Assembly: GCA_047967505.1 (NCBI GenBank) | Contig: CM106538.1 | Strand: one strand, 5' to 3' | Source of the DNA: Dipteris shenzhenensis | Lineage: Eukaryota | DNA length: 64,000 nt | In this document: piece after piece, positions 24,284-38,400 of the stretch | Layout of the letters: every line of letters starts with the position of its first letter | Numbering within the stretch: position 1 is the stretch's first letter | Program-made: the position numbers and the translations under genes | Notes under the pieces: generated by a model | The model's input: the letters and a program-made list of their open reading frames with translations, nothing else | Databases searched by the model: none | What the model was told of the DNA's origin: nothing

Positions 24284-24794
24284 TTGCAAGTAGCCTTTGG
24301 TATGATGACTTTGATTAACGGACTCATAGAGATTGGGAGCCTATGAGAACTATTGGGTACCCTAGCTCCCCCTTAACCCAAGCCTAGGAATTTTCCCCTT
24401 TGCATGGGGATGCATGTTTGAGACCATTAAGGGTGCCATGAGTTTTTGCTAGTAGATTTTGAGCTTTAAATGGAGTGATCTTATGACACATAGGTGGTTC
24501 TTAGAATTTGTGGTATTGTGTAGGGAAGGCAATCGGTGCCTGATGTGTGTTGTAGACTTTGATCTTCCATGCAATTTGATGAAAGAGCCTCTAACTAACA
24601 TCAACAGTTCTTCAATGCTCGTTTGAGCTTTGCATTGCTAGACATCCAGCCATGGCAGTGTCGTGGGAAATCCCTCTTAACATGCTAGGACCTAGAAGTA
24701 TGAGCTCTTGTGGGATAATTTGGGACTTGGGTCCCCTGATTTTGAAGGCTTTACCTGGAATCTTGGATTGAGGCATGCAAAAAAGATGGTGATG
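24284..24794. repeat. ~515-bp direct repeat, copy 2
   Basis: Diverged copy of 21877-22394 located about 2.4 kb downstream. Confidence 0.88.
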
Positions 24795-26951
24795 GAAGCT
24801 ATACTATCCATCTCAAGTTGGCGAAAAATGAATTTGAGTCGTTAGATTGAGCCCCTTTCATAATGGTAAATTGAGGGGTAATTGTGGGCCCTACTCACAC
24901 AAGCTTGCTAAATGGCACACAACCTATCTCCATCGAACCTATAATCAACATTTGATGGCTGAAAATCTACTCAAGTCCACCTTTCACCTCCAGGTAAACA
25001 TGGCTTGTCGAATCCGCCGCTTCACCATTTGCCTCTTGTTGACCCTTTTTACCCGCTCGGTGATGAAGGGTGTCCTCTAGTTGATCCCTACTTCGTCAAT
25101 GGCAAGGTTTAGCGGAGCCTAGAATTGCCATCATGTAATCTTTAACCACTGATTTTCAAAACCCACCAACCGACGCCTGTGCCAAACAAGCACCCTTAGA
25201 TCCAATTCAATCGAATGGCGTGTGCGTTTCGACTGTCTCCAACCTTAGATCTGGGTTCCATCCAACGGTCTGTCCATGCCTAGAGAACAGTGGTACCCGT
25301 CGTAGAGCACCCTTCGTGTCTCACAAATGTGCACCAATGGCAACGAGCCACATGTCGTGCACTTTAAATCTACCAATCATGCAATCCAGGTGTGAATGGA
25401 CTTGAATTCCAATTGAGGGATGCGCTGCCTTGCTGCTGCCATTGATGGCCGAAAATTGACACCGGTTGCCACTGTGGGTCAAAAACCGGGGCATCAAGCT
25501 CATGACCTCTGGTTAGTTGGTGGTGGGCCCAGTTTCCTCCTGGGAATTGGCGATTCTCTCTAGATTCGAGAGTTGCTCCATCTTAGAATTGTGTTGCCAG
25601 TTGGAGCTCCCATCCAAGCATGGAGTGGCTATGGAAGCCACGATCCGCTCCACATTTCCTCTTTGGCAATGGCCGTGCTCTTCAATGTGAAGATCAGGTC
25701 GAGGATCGCGATCTGTAGCTGCCGGGTGTGAGTTCTTGCACTAGCTGAGTCGGGAGGTTGCACATCTAAAAGTATGATGGGGAAGAAACTGCCAGCCTTC
25801 CACATTCTGCTACATTTTAGAGACTCGAGATTCGAGATCAACTTGGTTGCGTGGCAGCAATTACGCAAAGATTGATGAGGCTGCAGCATGAGCGTAATGA
25901 ATCGCTGATGACAAGAGCCAAGTGGACCATAAACTTTGTGCTTTTTCTTGATGCTCATCTCGACAAGGCTGTCGAATTGATAATCAGAGATCCGCGAATG
26001 TTTTGTGATGCTTTGAGCCACTAACTGCGGATCAATCGTTATCAAAAGCGGACTCCGGAGGCACGCTGCTGCAGCAAAATCTGCATCTCACAGCCAGCAT
26101 TATCTAGTTTTTCCGAGATCGCGTGACTAGCTCGAGCGACTCGCGAGTGTAGAATATGGCGAGGCGACCTGTGAGAGCTTGGACTTGGAAGTTGGAGAGT
26201 GGAGACGAATTGATACAGTCAGAGATTGCAGCCGTGAATTGGATACGCAGGAGAGGGATGATAATAAGAGCGATAAATCCGAAGAGCGTTAGATACAAAA
26301 TCATACGATGACAATGACACACGATATACACAAGCAGTGGATCGTCGTCGTACGAGGCTGTGAGCGATCGACGGGACGCGAATCACGCGATGAATCAATG
26401 ATGGGTGATGATGGGAGGAGCACGTAGGCGAAGGAAGCATCATCAGCTGGAGCCAGGGAGCGTGAGTGATGATGAGATGATGGATACGGATTCCGGAAAA
26501 TGAATCGTGCTGCCCAGTGCCCTCGTCTGGAGTTACAACTCTTACGTATTCAGTTGTTGTCCTCCCCAGTTTGTCGCCACTCCTCTCTACAAGTTCTCAA
26601 CATGCCATCCACGCTCGCATATCTCTATTGCAGTAACTGCTCGTGACTGCTACCTCACCGACCACTTCCTCAGTGCTCACGTTGCATGTACGCTCTGCAG
26701 TTTCTGCTCTCAGTCTGCCTCGCCTCTCATCAGCTCGTGAATCGCTTCCTTTCCCTTCCTCCCTCCTCTCAGTCAACCCCTTCTTTTCATCCCTGCCTCT
26801 TCCCCAGCATCATCATCCACCCCACCTCTTTCCAGAAACGAATCCCCCTCCCGTGTCCCCCTATTCCCACTACTCTCTACCCAAATCAGCTAACCTGTTT
26901 TTCTGCTTGCGACTTCCTGCAACTCTTTGTCTAAGCTCCTCCCTGCATGAA

Positions 26952-27033
26952 ATGGCCCATTTCGCGCTGCTTTTCGTTGCCTGTTTGTTTACCTTGCTCA
27001 GCTCACCTTCGGCCGAAGCATTATCGCAGGAAG
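26952..27033 (+). CDS. LRR-RLK exon 1 (signal peptide)
   Basis: MAHFALLFVACLFTLLSSPSAEALSQE-G, donor AG|GTACGG. Confidence 0.9.
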
Positions 27034-30000
27034 GTACGGTGTGCTCCTATAAACTACATGCATTTTATTGTTCTTGCACTGTGACATAATGGCTGCTGGA
27101 ATCTCTCTCGATACAAGTAAAATTGAATTCATGCGTCTTTCCTGAGTAGTGTCCCTAGACGAAAGGAAAGAGGACATGTGGACCTCAACATCGCATTGGT
27201 TTCATTTTAATCAGGAGCGAGCTTACTGGCCTTCAAAGCAGCGGTGATTGACAGTCGAGCGGTTTTAGCTGACTGGAATCCGTCAGACACATTTCCGTGC
27301 AACTGGACAGGCATTTGGTGCGACGCTCGGTCAAAAAAAGTAGTTTCGATGTAAGTTGTTACGCTGACGCGCCTGCGCCCTTTTCGTATCGCTTCTGGCA
27401 TGTTCGTTGGAGCGATTCCAGTTTCCTTTTGAACTGTTCATTAGGAATGTGACCACTGATGACCAGATAGATCACGTTTTTCCCCTCTGATCAGGTTTAA
27501 GCCAACAGAAGTAATGCGGAGTGAATTCTAGAGGGGCCGACAACTTGGTTCATCATCTTTTGCATTGGGCATGGGGTACTGTAGAATCTCTAATTTTTCC
27601 CACGTTTCTTACACCGCCACAGTTAGCAAATTTAGGGTAGTGTTGTTTTTGCCTCATCATCTACCTTCTTGAATAGGGTATTTAGGTTATCGAACGATGA
27701 AAACATGTCTATACGTTCTGCAGATCCAAGTTAAATCGGCATGGCCTTCCTGTTAGATTAAATGCGTTGGTTAGAGACGTGAAAAACTCCTTGTATGATC
27801 AGATATGTATTCTAGAGTTAATCATCTGAACCTGGATGCGTGCACTCTTTAATACCTCCGCCGACGTGTCTGTTGTGCTCAGGCTTGGGATTGAACGGGA
27901 GGTTGTCATTGTGAATTAAAGTTCAAGGTGAGGTGTCTGCCAAGTTCACCGTGCAGTGCTTGAATGTCATGTGGGACCCCTGCGGGACTTGTTTAAATCT
28001 TGATAGTCACCCTTTCAATTCCATTCTCATTCGTGGAGCTGATATATTTATGCATTAGCCTAGACTGGCATGGTCCAAGAGTACACACAATTGTTCTGGA
28101 GACTCTTCGTGCAGGATATACATGAATGGTTGCATTTTAGGGATTATACCTCACTTGGCATCTGATGTGAGAGCCTATGAGACTCAACCATCAAGCGAGA
28201 TGCAAAGCCAAGGTTAAGTGCAAGCAAATTGAGGGCAGTGCATACGGAAGTCTGACAAGAAGCCCAAAATGCTTGAATGGCATACGATAGGAAGGTCACA
28301 TCAGCTCTATTTCCAAGGTATCCAACAGTTAAAAGCAACAAAATACCTTGCTCCAAGCTGTACCAACAGCTGGACGCAAATTTTGCAGCAAAGGTAATGT
28401 TACACCAGAAAAATCAGGGATTAAAGGACATTCAAGAGCCATCATGGACACCAGGGAAAAGGCCAAGTTCATGCTTTAAATGTGGTAAGGAATTTATACT
28501 GGGATAGGGACAACGTGAAATTTTTTCATTTCTCATAGAACTGCTGCTTTTGCCTTGCCAACGGCGTTTGGTTAAGAAGAAGGATGGCTTGCATGTGCAT
28601 TGATAACAGAGATCACAACAAGGTCACCATCAAAATAGGGTTTTAATCCCTAGGATTCACTTGTTGGATTAACTTGAGAGTTCTTCGTATTTCATGCAGA
28701 TTGATCTAACATCAGGATACCACAAGATCAAGGTGAGCATGCATGATAAGCATAAGACAACCTTACATAAATCACCTTTGGGTTGACTAATGCACCAGCC
28801 ACTGATGAAAAATATATTCCCACCAGCAGTTTTATGCGAAGCCCAGCCAATGCATCTTTATGGTAGAAGAGGTTGAATATGTTGAGCATATTATAGGCAA
28901 AACTAGAGTCAGCTAAGTTGAAGATCTAAAATTTTGCTTTGAAACTTGACTCATTCACTAGCGTTGAGATGTTTGGACTCTGTTTCATGGTCATTCATCG
29001 TAAAGGAGATGAGTGGGCAAAGGATTAGGGGCAGTTTTAAGGCAAGAGCATTGTTGATAGCTTTTGAAAGGAGAAAACTAGCTGATAAAGTGCTCAATTA
29101 CCATGTATATGACCAGCAGATGTTGGTAATCCTGCATGCCTTCAAAGGTTGGCATCACAACCTAAATGGAGGCAAATAAGATGTGATACCATTCGCATGT
29201 CGTAAGTCGTTGGTAAATTGTTTTTTGAAGTGTATCTTACAGCTTTTACTGTAGATTCTCTAAAAGTCTTGTTCCCTATGGTAATTTTGCAGAGACCTTG
29301 CTGGTAGTAACTTAAGTGGAGTTCTTGCTCCAGATTTAGGAGGTCTAACGAAATTGCACAGACTGTAAGCCTAAGTCTATCCATAACTATCTTGATGTAT
29401 TTTTTCTTTTTCTGATCTTCAAGATGGAAGTTGCCATCCTTGCGAATTGTAGGAGATATTGAAAATTTGCTCATCTGTTGCTCCAGGTATTTACAGTATA
29501 ATAACTTTCATGGAAATGTACCACAAGAGTTGGCAAATTGTACACGCATGAGAATCCTGTAAGAGAGTGCATTTGATCAATGTAACTGATTTGAATCTGG
29601 TGTATCATTTTTTTGCAAATATCTGCATCCTTTCCGGGGCTGAGTTGACAGTTTTTGCACAGGAGTCTTCATCATAACAACTTGAGTGGTAGTCTACCTT
29701 CTCAATTTGGGAGCTATGGGCTTCTTCAAGCTCTGTAAGCATTATATCTCCATCTTGTGATAGAAACAGATGGACTAACTATAGTACATGCGATTATAAA
29801 ATTACTTTTTGGTTCATCCATGCCCTAAATATTTTGTCACGGCTGCTTGCTTTTATGATAATAAATATGCGCATGAACTGATGGAGTGGCATTGACAGGT
29901 ATTTGCAGAACAATGGCTTCACAGGATCTATACCATTGAATTTTGGCAATCTTCCATCTCTTATAACTTTGTAAGTAGCCCTCTTTTTAAGCTTCTATTT

Positions 30001-33000
30001 AATATTTCCTTTGAGTTTTGAGAGGGTACGTCGTAGAAACACGACACTACCATCAATTCAAGCGTTCTTTATGGCAGATGCTAATTGGCATTGGGAATGT
30101 ACATTTTATTGGTGTAGTTTTAGTAGACTCTGATCCTGATAAGCTTGATAAATTTGATACAATTATCGATGATAAATTCAATGCTAGGGTGAACTGTCAT
30201 TTAGATTCTCCAATGTTAAATGCATTCAGTTCAGTTTGCTTATACTTTGCTTTGTCATTCTGTTATTTAGGTCTGTGTTTAAAAGAAAAGCAAAAAGGAA
30301 AAATCCATCCTCTTTTAACAAGCAGCTGAGGTGATTTTGTCATGGGCATCCACAAGCCCGTGGCCATGCTAGCTGGTGCCAGCGCAGGCAGCCAGGTTAA
30401 CTGCCACGCAGGCATCCATACAGCCATGCAGGCAGCCTTGCGCAGTCAGCAATCAGCACACAGTCAACAGGCAGTCAACCCCACATGATCGCAGGTCAAA
30501 AAGCACAGATTTGACTTTTAGTTAAAAGTCAACACGGCGAGTCCTTTGACCGGCTTGGTCAACGGTCGGCATTGACCAGCCAACCAAGGTCAATGGTCGG
30601 CGTTGACCAAGTCGGCCAGGCTGACCTAACAGCCTATAAAAGGGCAGCCTTTGGCCCTCATTCTTCATCCACTCCTCAGGCCTTCAAGCCTTAGAGCAGC
30701 AGAGCCCAGGCCTTGCCGCAGCAGACCAGCAGGGTAGCCTCAACCTCTTCAGGGATCTAGTGAGGATTCACCTCCTCTATGTAGTCTAGTCTTCTGGTTT
30801 TGTAGTGAGTTTCAGCCCCTTCATATAGTTGTATTCGGCCCTTTGGGCATTCATTATTCTGTTGTATATCTATTTCCTCTTCGGAGGTTTACTACATTCT
30901 CTCCCTCTGATTCTCTCACTCACATCCACAACATCACTTGGTGTATTGAGTGCATTATCTTGCAGTTGCAGTTAGTATTGAGCAGAAGAGAGAGTGAGGA
31001 TAGTCTATCTTCCGCCACATTGGTATCAGAGCTTCAGTTTTCGTTCCAGAGATGGGGAGAGTCAGTCTAGGGGCAGCTCTATTGTTTTATGGTCCAACGG
31101 TTAGGACACCATGAGCACCAGTGAGCAATCCAACACAGGGGGAAGGGTTCAGTGCCTCAACCACCACCACCACCACCCCCACCCCCACCACGGAACCCCG
31201 CAGATTCTTCCATGTCTGCCATGATAGCCTTGTTGCAGGCTATGATGCAAATGCAACAACAGTCCGAGGCCCTCTTCGCGTATGACCCAGCTTCAAGAGA
31301 TGCGGGAAGATCATGAGCAGGCCGTTAGAGAGCGAAAGGCTAGCTAGGAGGCAAAAGAAGAATGTGATTGGTCAGCTCAGATAGCAAAAGACGAACACGA
31401 TCGAGAGGCTTGAGAAGCCAAGGAATTGTGGGACCATGAGGCTCAAGAGGCAAAGGAGCTCCGCAAACGTACTGCTCGAGAAGAGAAGGAAGAACGGGAC
31501 CGGCAGCTTCTCATTTCTCTATGCTGATCAATAGGGGGAGAAACGGAGAGACTTACACCTCCAGCCAAGCCTTCCTTTTTGGGGAAACTCAACTTCACAT
31601 GGTATGATGTTAAGCAAGAACCCTCAGTGTTGACTTCGTGGCTTAATTAATTCGAAAGTTATTTTTCAGTGATGCCTACGAAGGACAATGAGTGGTGCAT
31701 CCTAACATCCATGCACCTCATAGGTGAGGCGGTCACCTGGCGGCTCAAGTGGCAGAAGGACCACTATGATGCAGACGAGGAAACACCTCTTTACAACTGG
31801 ATGGAATTCGTGAAAGATCTTCGATCATGGTTCCTGCCACCACAGTACCTAGACAGGCTCCAGAGTCAGCTCTACGAGCTACGATAGGGAGACACTGAGA
31901 CGGCAAACCATTATGTGAATAAGTTCACTTAGGTGTCTATATAGTTGCAGCTAAAGGAGAGTCAAAAACTAAGCAAATTTTTCCATGGGCTTCGTACAGA
32001 CATCCAATGGTATGTTAGAAGTTTGGGGCCATAGGATTATGAGTGTGCATACGAGCTTGCTTATAACTTTGAGCTCATGCACAAGGGCCAAGGTTCCAAG
32101 CACGTCAACAGTAAGAAGTCCCAAGATTCCATGCCAGGTGATGGTGGGAATGGGTAACGGAAGAAGAGCTGGATGGTGAAGGACAGCAATGGCTATGGCG
32201 AATACTTGGATACAGCTACACGAGCACTCTAGACAAAGGAGAACCGATGCTTCCATTGTCACGTGCCGATGCATCCATTGTCACGTGCTGGGCCATAATA
32301 AGAAAGATTGCTTGCATTACCAGAAGCTTCTAACAGGAGGAGTTGTGTCAAGTGGTTCAGCAACAGCTTCAACAACCTCAGTAGTCATTGAGGAGCTTGA
32401 TGAACAGTAGACTATAGGGACAGCCTCTAGTAGTCATCCAAGAGCTTGAAGCTCAGCAGAATGGGGAGCCTCGTCAGTTTGCCAATATGTTTCAGTTTTA
32501 TGGATAGGTCGGTGGTGAGAAGGTCCTTATCTTGGCAGAGTTAGGCAACTTCGAGGACATCATCTCCACCAAAGTAGCTCAAAAGGCTCAGTTGCCTTAG
32601 GCAGTGCCGAGGACATCAGTTTTATGGATAGGTCAGTGGTCAGAAGGCCCTTATCTTGGCAAACTCAAGCAGTTTCGAGGACATCATATCTACCAAAGCC
32701 GCTCATAAGGCTCAGTTGCTTCTTATGCCAACAGAACCAATGAACTTGAATGGTGCATTTCCAAGGCAGGAGATAGAGAGCAACATGCAGGTAGCGTCAG
32801 CCCCTCTGAAGATCTTAGGGTGGGTACACAGTCGGCAGCTTAGGGTTGTACCTACTCAGGTAGCGGATGTCATCTTGGGAGCACGATGGTGGCACCAGTT
32901 CGAAGTCCGACCAAATTGTCAGTACCAAGGCTTGGATGTCAAAATCCCAGACCATGGGTCCAAGTTTATCTATTGGAGTAAGGGTGTTCCACCTCGACCT

Positions 33001-35359
33001 TTGATATTAGTCATTTAAGGGGTGCGAGACTGGTGCCATCGAGATAAAGTCGTATAGCAAGATACAGGATTACAGTAGCCAACACGGTTGCAACAAGACT
33101 AGGATGCCTCTGTGAAACCCAATATTCCTCCATTCCTCTCACCTGGACCGAGGAAAACCACATGAAGCATCATGCTGTAGCATTACCCACAACCAATATT
33201 CTTACCAGAAGCTAGCACTAGACCCGGGAATTCCGTTCCTATAGATCGGGCTTCATGAACTGAGAGATCACTTCCGGATTCATGAACGAGGCATTTAGAT
33301 CAAGATTTATCATCCAGGTATATCACAGATAGTCACCTTTGTCAGCACGATGGGAAGCCCCCTGACAAAACATGTGTGCCTCAGGATCTATGGAGCACTC
33401 TAAGGTGGATGGAATCTATGTGGAAACATGATGAAGAGAGTGCTCATGACATGTACCTCAAGTCAATTAGGTTCCAAGATAGATTAGCTTGGACTCATAA
33501 AGAGAATCTTGAGATAGTGCAAAGTGCTTGATTGATATTACTTCAAATGAACCTCCCTTTTATAGGTGAGGGTACTTACATCCATATGCTTGCTCACATG
33601 TGGGATATCTCCTCCATGTCATGTGGCAGCTTGCCCTTTACTCATACCTTTGCCTTTAATCTATGGCACCACAACTCTCAACACCTCCCCTTGGTGCCAT
33701 GATCCTTTGGCTACTGCAAGGTGGTCAGATGTGAGTTACGTTCCATCACCTTCCCTTAGTGCATGCATTGCTACTTAAGGTGGTCAAGTGTGGTTTACAT
33801 GTCAATACCTCCCCTGGGTGCTTTCATAGCTACTTTCAGGTTTTACAAAATATAGGCAAGGTTGGCAAGGTTTTTGTTTCACAATACAGGTTGTTCCTGT
33901 CATTTTGCTCATGGCTTGATGATGACTCCACGTAGTTGAATTGCTGGTTCTTCAATCTGCATTCTTCTTCCTTGTGTAGCTTCCTGCATGATGCTTTGTT
34001 CTTCCATGTGCCTTGATGCTTTATGTGTGGATGCCATGCTTTCTGCTATGGTCATCTCATGCACTTGTGCTTTTGGCATGCTTTCTGCATTCATGCGTTG
34101 CTTTTTCATTTGTTGCAAAGGTCTTACCAATCGATTTCTTTCAATATTGGCAGTGTCTAATTGCATACAATGACTCTGACATGACAGGCGCGTGGAGCTC
34201 GAAAAGACGATCACTTTTCCTTTTTGGAGCGTGTCCAAATTCTTCTTGGATTGCAAGTTATGACTTGTCGAAGATTCTGTGAAGAAGAGAGCCTTTGATG
34301 ATGTGGCACAAGGATTCACATGCTGAATTCCATACTGTGCTTAACAAGGGCCTCTGTGCCTAGGTGGCACTTAAACCCAAATAGGTTTACCCATGGTTAC
34401 ACAAATTTTACCATGGTCCAGTTGAACCTAACCATTAGCTTAACCAAGGTTCAACTTAACCCCACACTAATCCTACCTTATCTGCCATGTGTCATTTTTC
34501 TGTGAGACTTTGGAGAAGGAAGGTTTGAGGCGACGACGGCGACGATGCGGTCTGCTGATTGGAGAAGAGACGAGCTACGATGTGGCAATTTGTTGCGTAG
34601 CTCGTTTTTTGATTTTCCGCAGCTGTACAGCTAGGCAAGGCTTGCTGGGTCGACGGTCACGGAGCTGTAGATGCGTTGTTGCGTAGATGAAAGCACTCCG
34701 TGAGCTCGTGGCTGGCCTAGGAGCTTTGGAGTTTCTGTTGCAAGGAGAGTGCTCTTAGTGGTAGTGAAGGTCGTGGAGAAGCGATGGTGCACAGGCTAGA
34801 CTTTTTGGAGTCCCGATGGCGGTTGCACGCTCTGTGCAGTAGTCGATTCGTAGAGCCGTTGGCAGAAGGGCCGACTGCATTGAGGCTTGAAGGAGCGTGG
34901 ATTTGTAGGCTGTCGATGGAGGTTTGGAGTCGCTGACGAGGTTGTATATGAGCTGTGGGCGCTGTAGTTGGCTGAAGTAACTGCCTTTGTGAAGAGCGGT
35001 TCTTGGAGATGCTTGGGTAGTGTTGCTCATGGATGGCGTTCTGCGTTGCTTGTCGTGGTAATGCTCTAGTCTACCTTTGCTTTGCAGGAAGGCCGTTAGA
35101 AGGAGTTGTTGAATAGAAGCTTGGAGCTAGTTGGCGTAGGCTTTGTGAAGCAGAGAAAAGATGGCCATTGAGTTGTGTGGAGGCTTGGCCAGCTGGACAA
35201 ATTGCTCGAAGGGCGCTTGGGACTGAAGCAGCTTGGTCGAGGTAGCAAAGCTCTCAACAAACTGAACAAACAGAGACTCTCTTTCTCACAAGCTCTCTCT
35301 AAGAAGAAGAAGAAGAAGAACTCCTTACTAATCTATCTCACAAGATAGATCTCTAAAAG

Positions 35360-35400
<41 letters not shown>

Positions 35401-38400
35401 GAATGACAAAAATATCTCAAAGCAATGAACGGAATCTTCATTCAATGGACGGAATCTTCATTCAATGGACGGAATTCTCTTAATCGAAAAACTAAAACTA
35501 ACCTAGGAGAAAAAACATGAGCTCCTAAGACATGCCTACAACTAATCTAGGAATGGGAGCAATCCTAGTGAACTACTAATGAGCTAAACTAGGAGAGCTA
35601 AACCTATGCTCTAATACCATGACAAAACATGTGTGCCTCAAGATCTATGGAGCACTCTAAGGTGGATGGAACCTATGTGGAAACATGATGAAGAGAGTGC
35701 TCATGACATGTACCTCAAGTCAATTAGGTTCCAAGATAGATTAGCTTGGACTCATAAAGAGAATCTTGAGATAGTGCAAAGTGCTTGATTGATATTACTT
35801 CAAATGAACCTCCCTTTTATAGGTGAGGGTACTTACATCCATATGCTTGCTCACATGTGGGATATCTCCTCCATGCCATGTGGCAGCTTGCCCTTTACTC
35901 ATACCTTTGCCTTTAATCTATGGCACCACAACTCTCAACACCCCCTTCACACCCTAGTTCGAGTTTCAATAGAAGGGGATGTCACAGGCATCCACAAGCC
36001 CGTGGCCATGCTAGCTACTGCCAACGCAAGCAGCTAGGTCCATTGCCATGTAGGCATCCGTACAGCCACGCAAGCAACCTTACACAGTCAGCAATCAGAG
36101 CACAGTCAACAGACAGTCAACACCACATCATCGTAGGTTAAAAAACACAAAGTTGACTTTTTGGTCGAAAGTAAACGTGTTGACTTTTTTCATCGACTTG
36201 GTCAACGATCGGCGTTGACCAGCCGACCAAGGTCACCGTTCGGCGTTGACCAAGTCGGCCAAGCTGACCTAACAACCTATAAAAGGGCAGCCTTTGGCCC
36301 TCATTCTTTATCCACTCCTCAGGCCTTCAAGCCTTCAGAGCAGCAGAGCCTAGGCCATCCCGCAGCAGACTAGCAATGTAGCCTCAACCTCTTCAGGGAT
36401 CTAGTGAGGATTCAGGTAGTCTAGTCTTCCAGTTTTGCTGTGAGGGTTTCAGCCCCTTCATATACTTGTATTTAGTCGTTTGGGCATTCATTATTCAGTT
36501 GTATCTATTTCCTCTTCGGTGGTCCACCACATTCTCTCCCTCTGATTCTCTCACTCACATCCACAGCATCACTTTGTGTATTGAGTGCATTATCTTGCAG
36601 TTGCAGTTAGTCTTGAGTAGGAAAGAGGATAGTCTATCTCCCGCCATTGATATAAATGGTAAGCCTTGAGGGCAAATGAGTCCTTATTGCAAGAAGGTTT
36701 ATACTTGCCTTTGAATGTCCTCGTGTTGCATGAGAGTAGTTCAATAGGATGCTTTATGTGATGGAAAGCTACATGGGATGGGGTTACTGTTGGCTTTTCT
36801 TCCTAAACTGGATGATCCTTAAGGGGATCATTCGTGAAGCAAATATGGCGATCTCAAAGGAGACATAATCATATTTGGGCCATTTATGGAAAATTAAGCT
36901 CAAGATCGTTTAACCAAGGAAGATATTTATTTGCTTGTATCTAGCTGACCATTGGAATTAGGCTTACCTAAACTCTAGCTGGGACAAGTTAGCTTTTGCC
37001 TATGTGGATGAATTGGATCTTGTTGGACCTGAACTCAAGGACAGCTTGCTTTTCTGTACTCGAGAGCATGCTAATGATGGCATCCACACCATCAAGCGGA
37101 GTTACAAGGAATTCAAAATAATCTGGATTCGCTTTAGTGTGTGCTCCAATTTTACCATCAATTGCTAAGCATAGACTATCTTTGTTGATGGATGTCCCTT
37201 GGCTTGGAACAATCACCCTTGATGGGCAGACTTGAAATTATGAGTGCTCCCATCATCAAGTAAGAAAAGGCAAGGCTGATTCTACCACATTTTAACAAAT
37301 GATGCTTACCGCATTCAAGAGTATACCTTGGTTCTCCTAAAGTTTGGCTTTAAAAAAAGGGGATTGGCTTCCAACTGAAACCGCTTGTTCTTTTTGTCAG
37401 ACGAGGTTTTTAGTTATAAGGCCTGAACCAGCACTTCTTGAGTTTCCTTTCTCTATGAAATTTCTGCATTCTTGGTATTTCTCCCCATTGTGTGCAATTT
37501 TTTACACAACCTTTTTTGTCACAGATATGGCAGTTTGATTAGAATCCTACCTGATTTTCCCCCATCTTATCTTTGTCATTTATAAAGAACTCAGTAAGGA
37601 TGGCTCTTTGTTATGAAGCCTGCACGGGGACACCCCTCATGTTGGCCAAGGGTTTGCAAAGTGGGGGGTTTCTATCTTTGTGACTTTGACCTAATGGATG
37701 CTTAAGGTTTTCTACTTGGACTACAAGCCCCCCATATGGGACAGCTCTCCTGCTGCCCAAGTGGTTTTTAGCTATGGGAGTGTGGAGCTATGTGCTGCAT
37801 TCCCCCCTGCCACACACACACACACACACACAAAGTGAGCATTGGAAGTGAAGGATAGAATCACTCTAACCTCACAACCTTTGCAGAATAGGAACAGCTC
37901 CGTCTCACTCACCCAATGATGCAGACCACACACTAGAATCTCACTCATAAGATAGAGTATAGACAGCATATATAAGAGAGAATTTGAGAGAGAAGCTCAA
38001 ATGTATTCCTCCACCAAAATAGTGGGGAAGGCACAAGCTCTAGATGAGCACAAATGACCAGCAAAGGGCTGGATACCTAAAGCCTGAGAGAAACTCAAAT
38101 GTATTCCTCCACCAAATAGTGGGCAAGGCACAAGCTCAAGATGAGCACCAATGACCAGCAAAGGGCTGGATACCTAAAGCCTGAGGTCACTCTTACTCTT
38201 CCTGTTCCACGCTGCCTACTGTAGGCTTCAGTAGTTGCTGTAGCTGAGGGAGAATGGAGGGAGGGAAGGGGGCTTTATAAAGGGGCAGCCAGCCCCTGTT
38301 GAGCAGGCCAACCAGCTGGTTGGTCCTGCTATATCTGAGCCGACTGGAAGAAGGCTGGCCGACCAGCCCCAGGGGTTGACCTTAAGTAGGGCCTCCCCTG

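Noticed and set aside
25000-26900. Short ORFs upstream of the LRR-RLK
   Set aside because: No recognisable motifs; more consistent with promoter and 5' UTR sequence.
36989-37216. Minus-strand ORF with EFLVTPLDGVDAII
   Set aside because: Probably a tiny retroelement protease remnant, too degraded to call.
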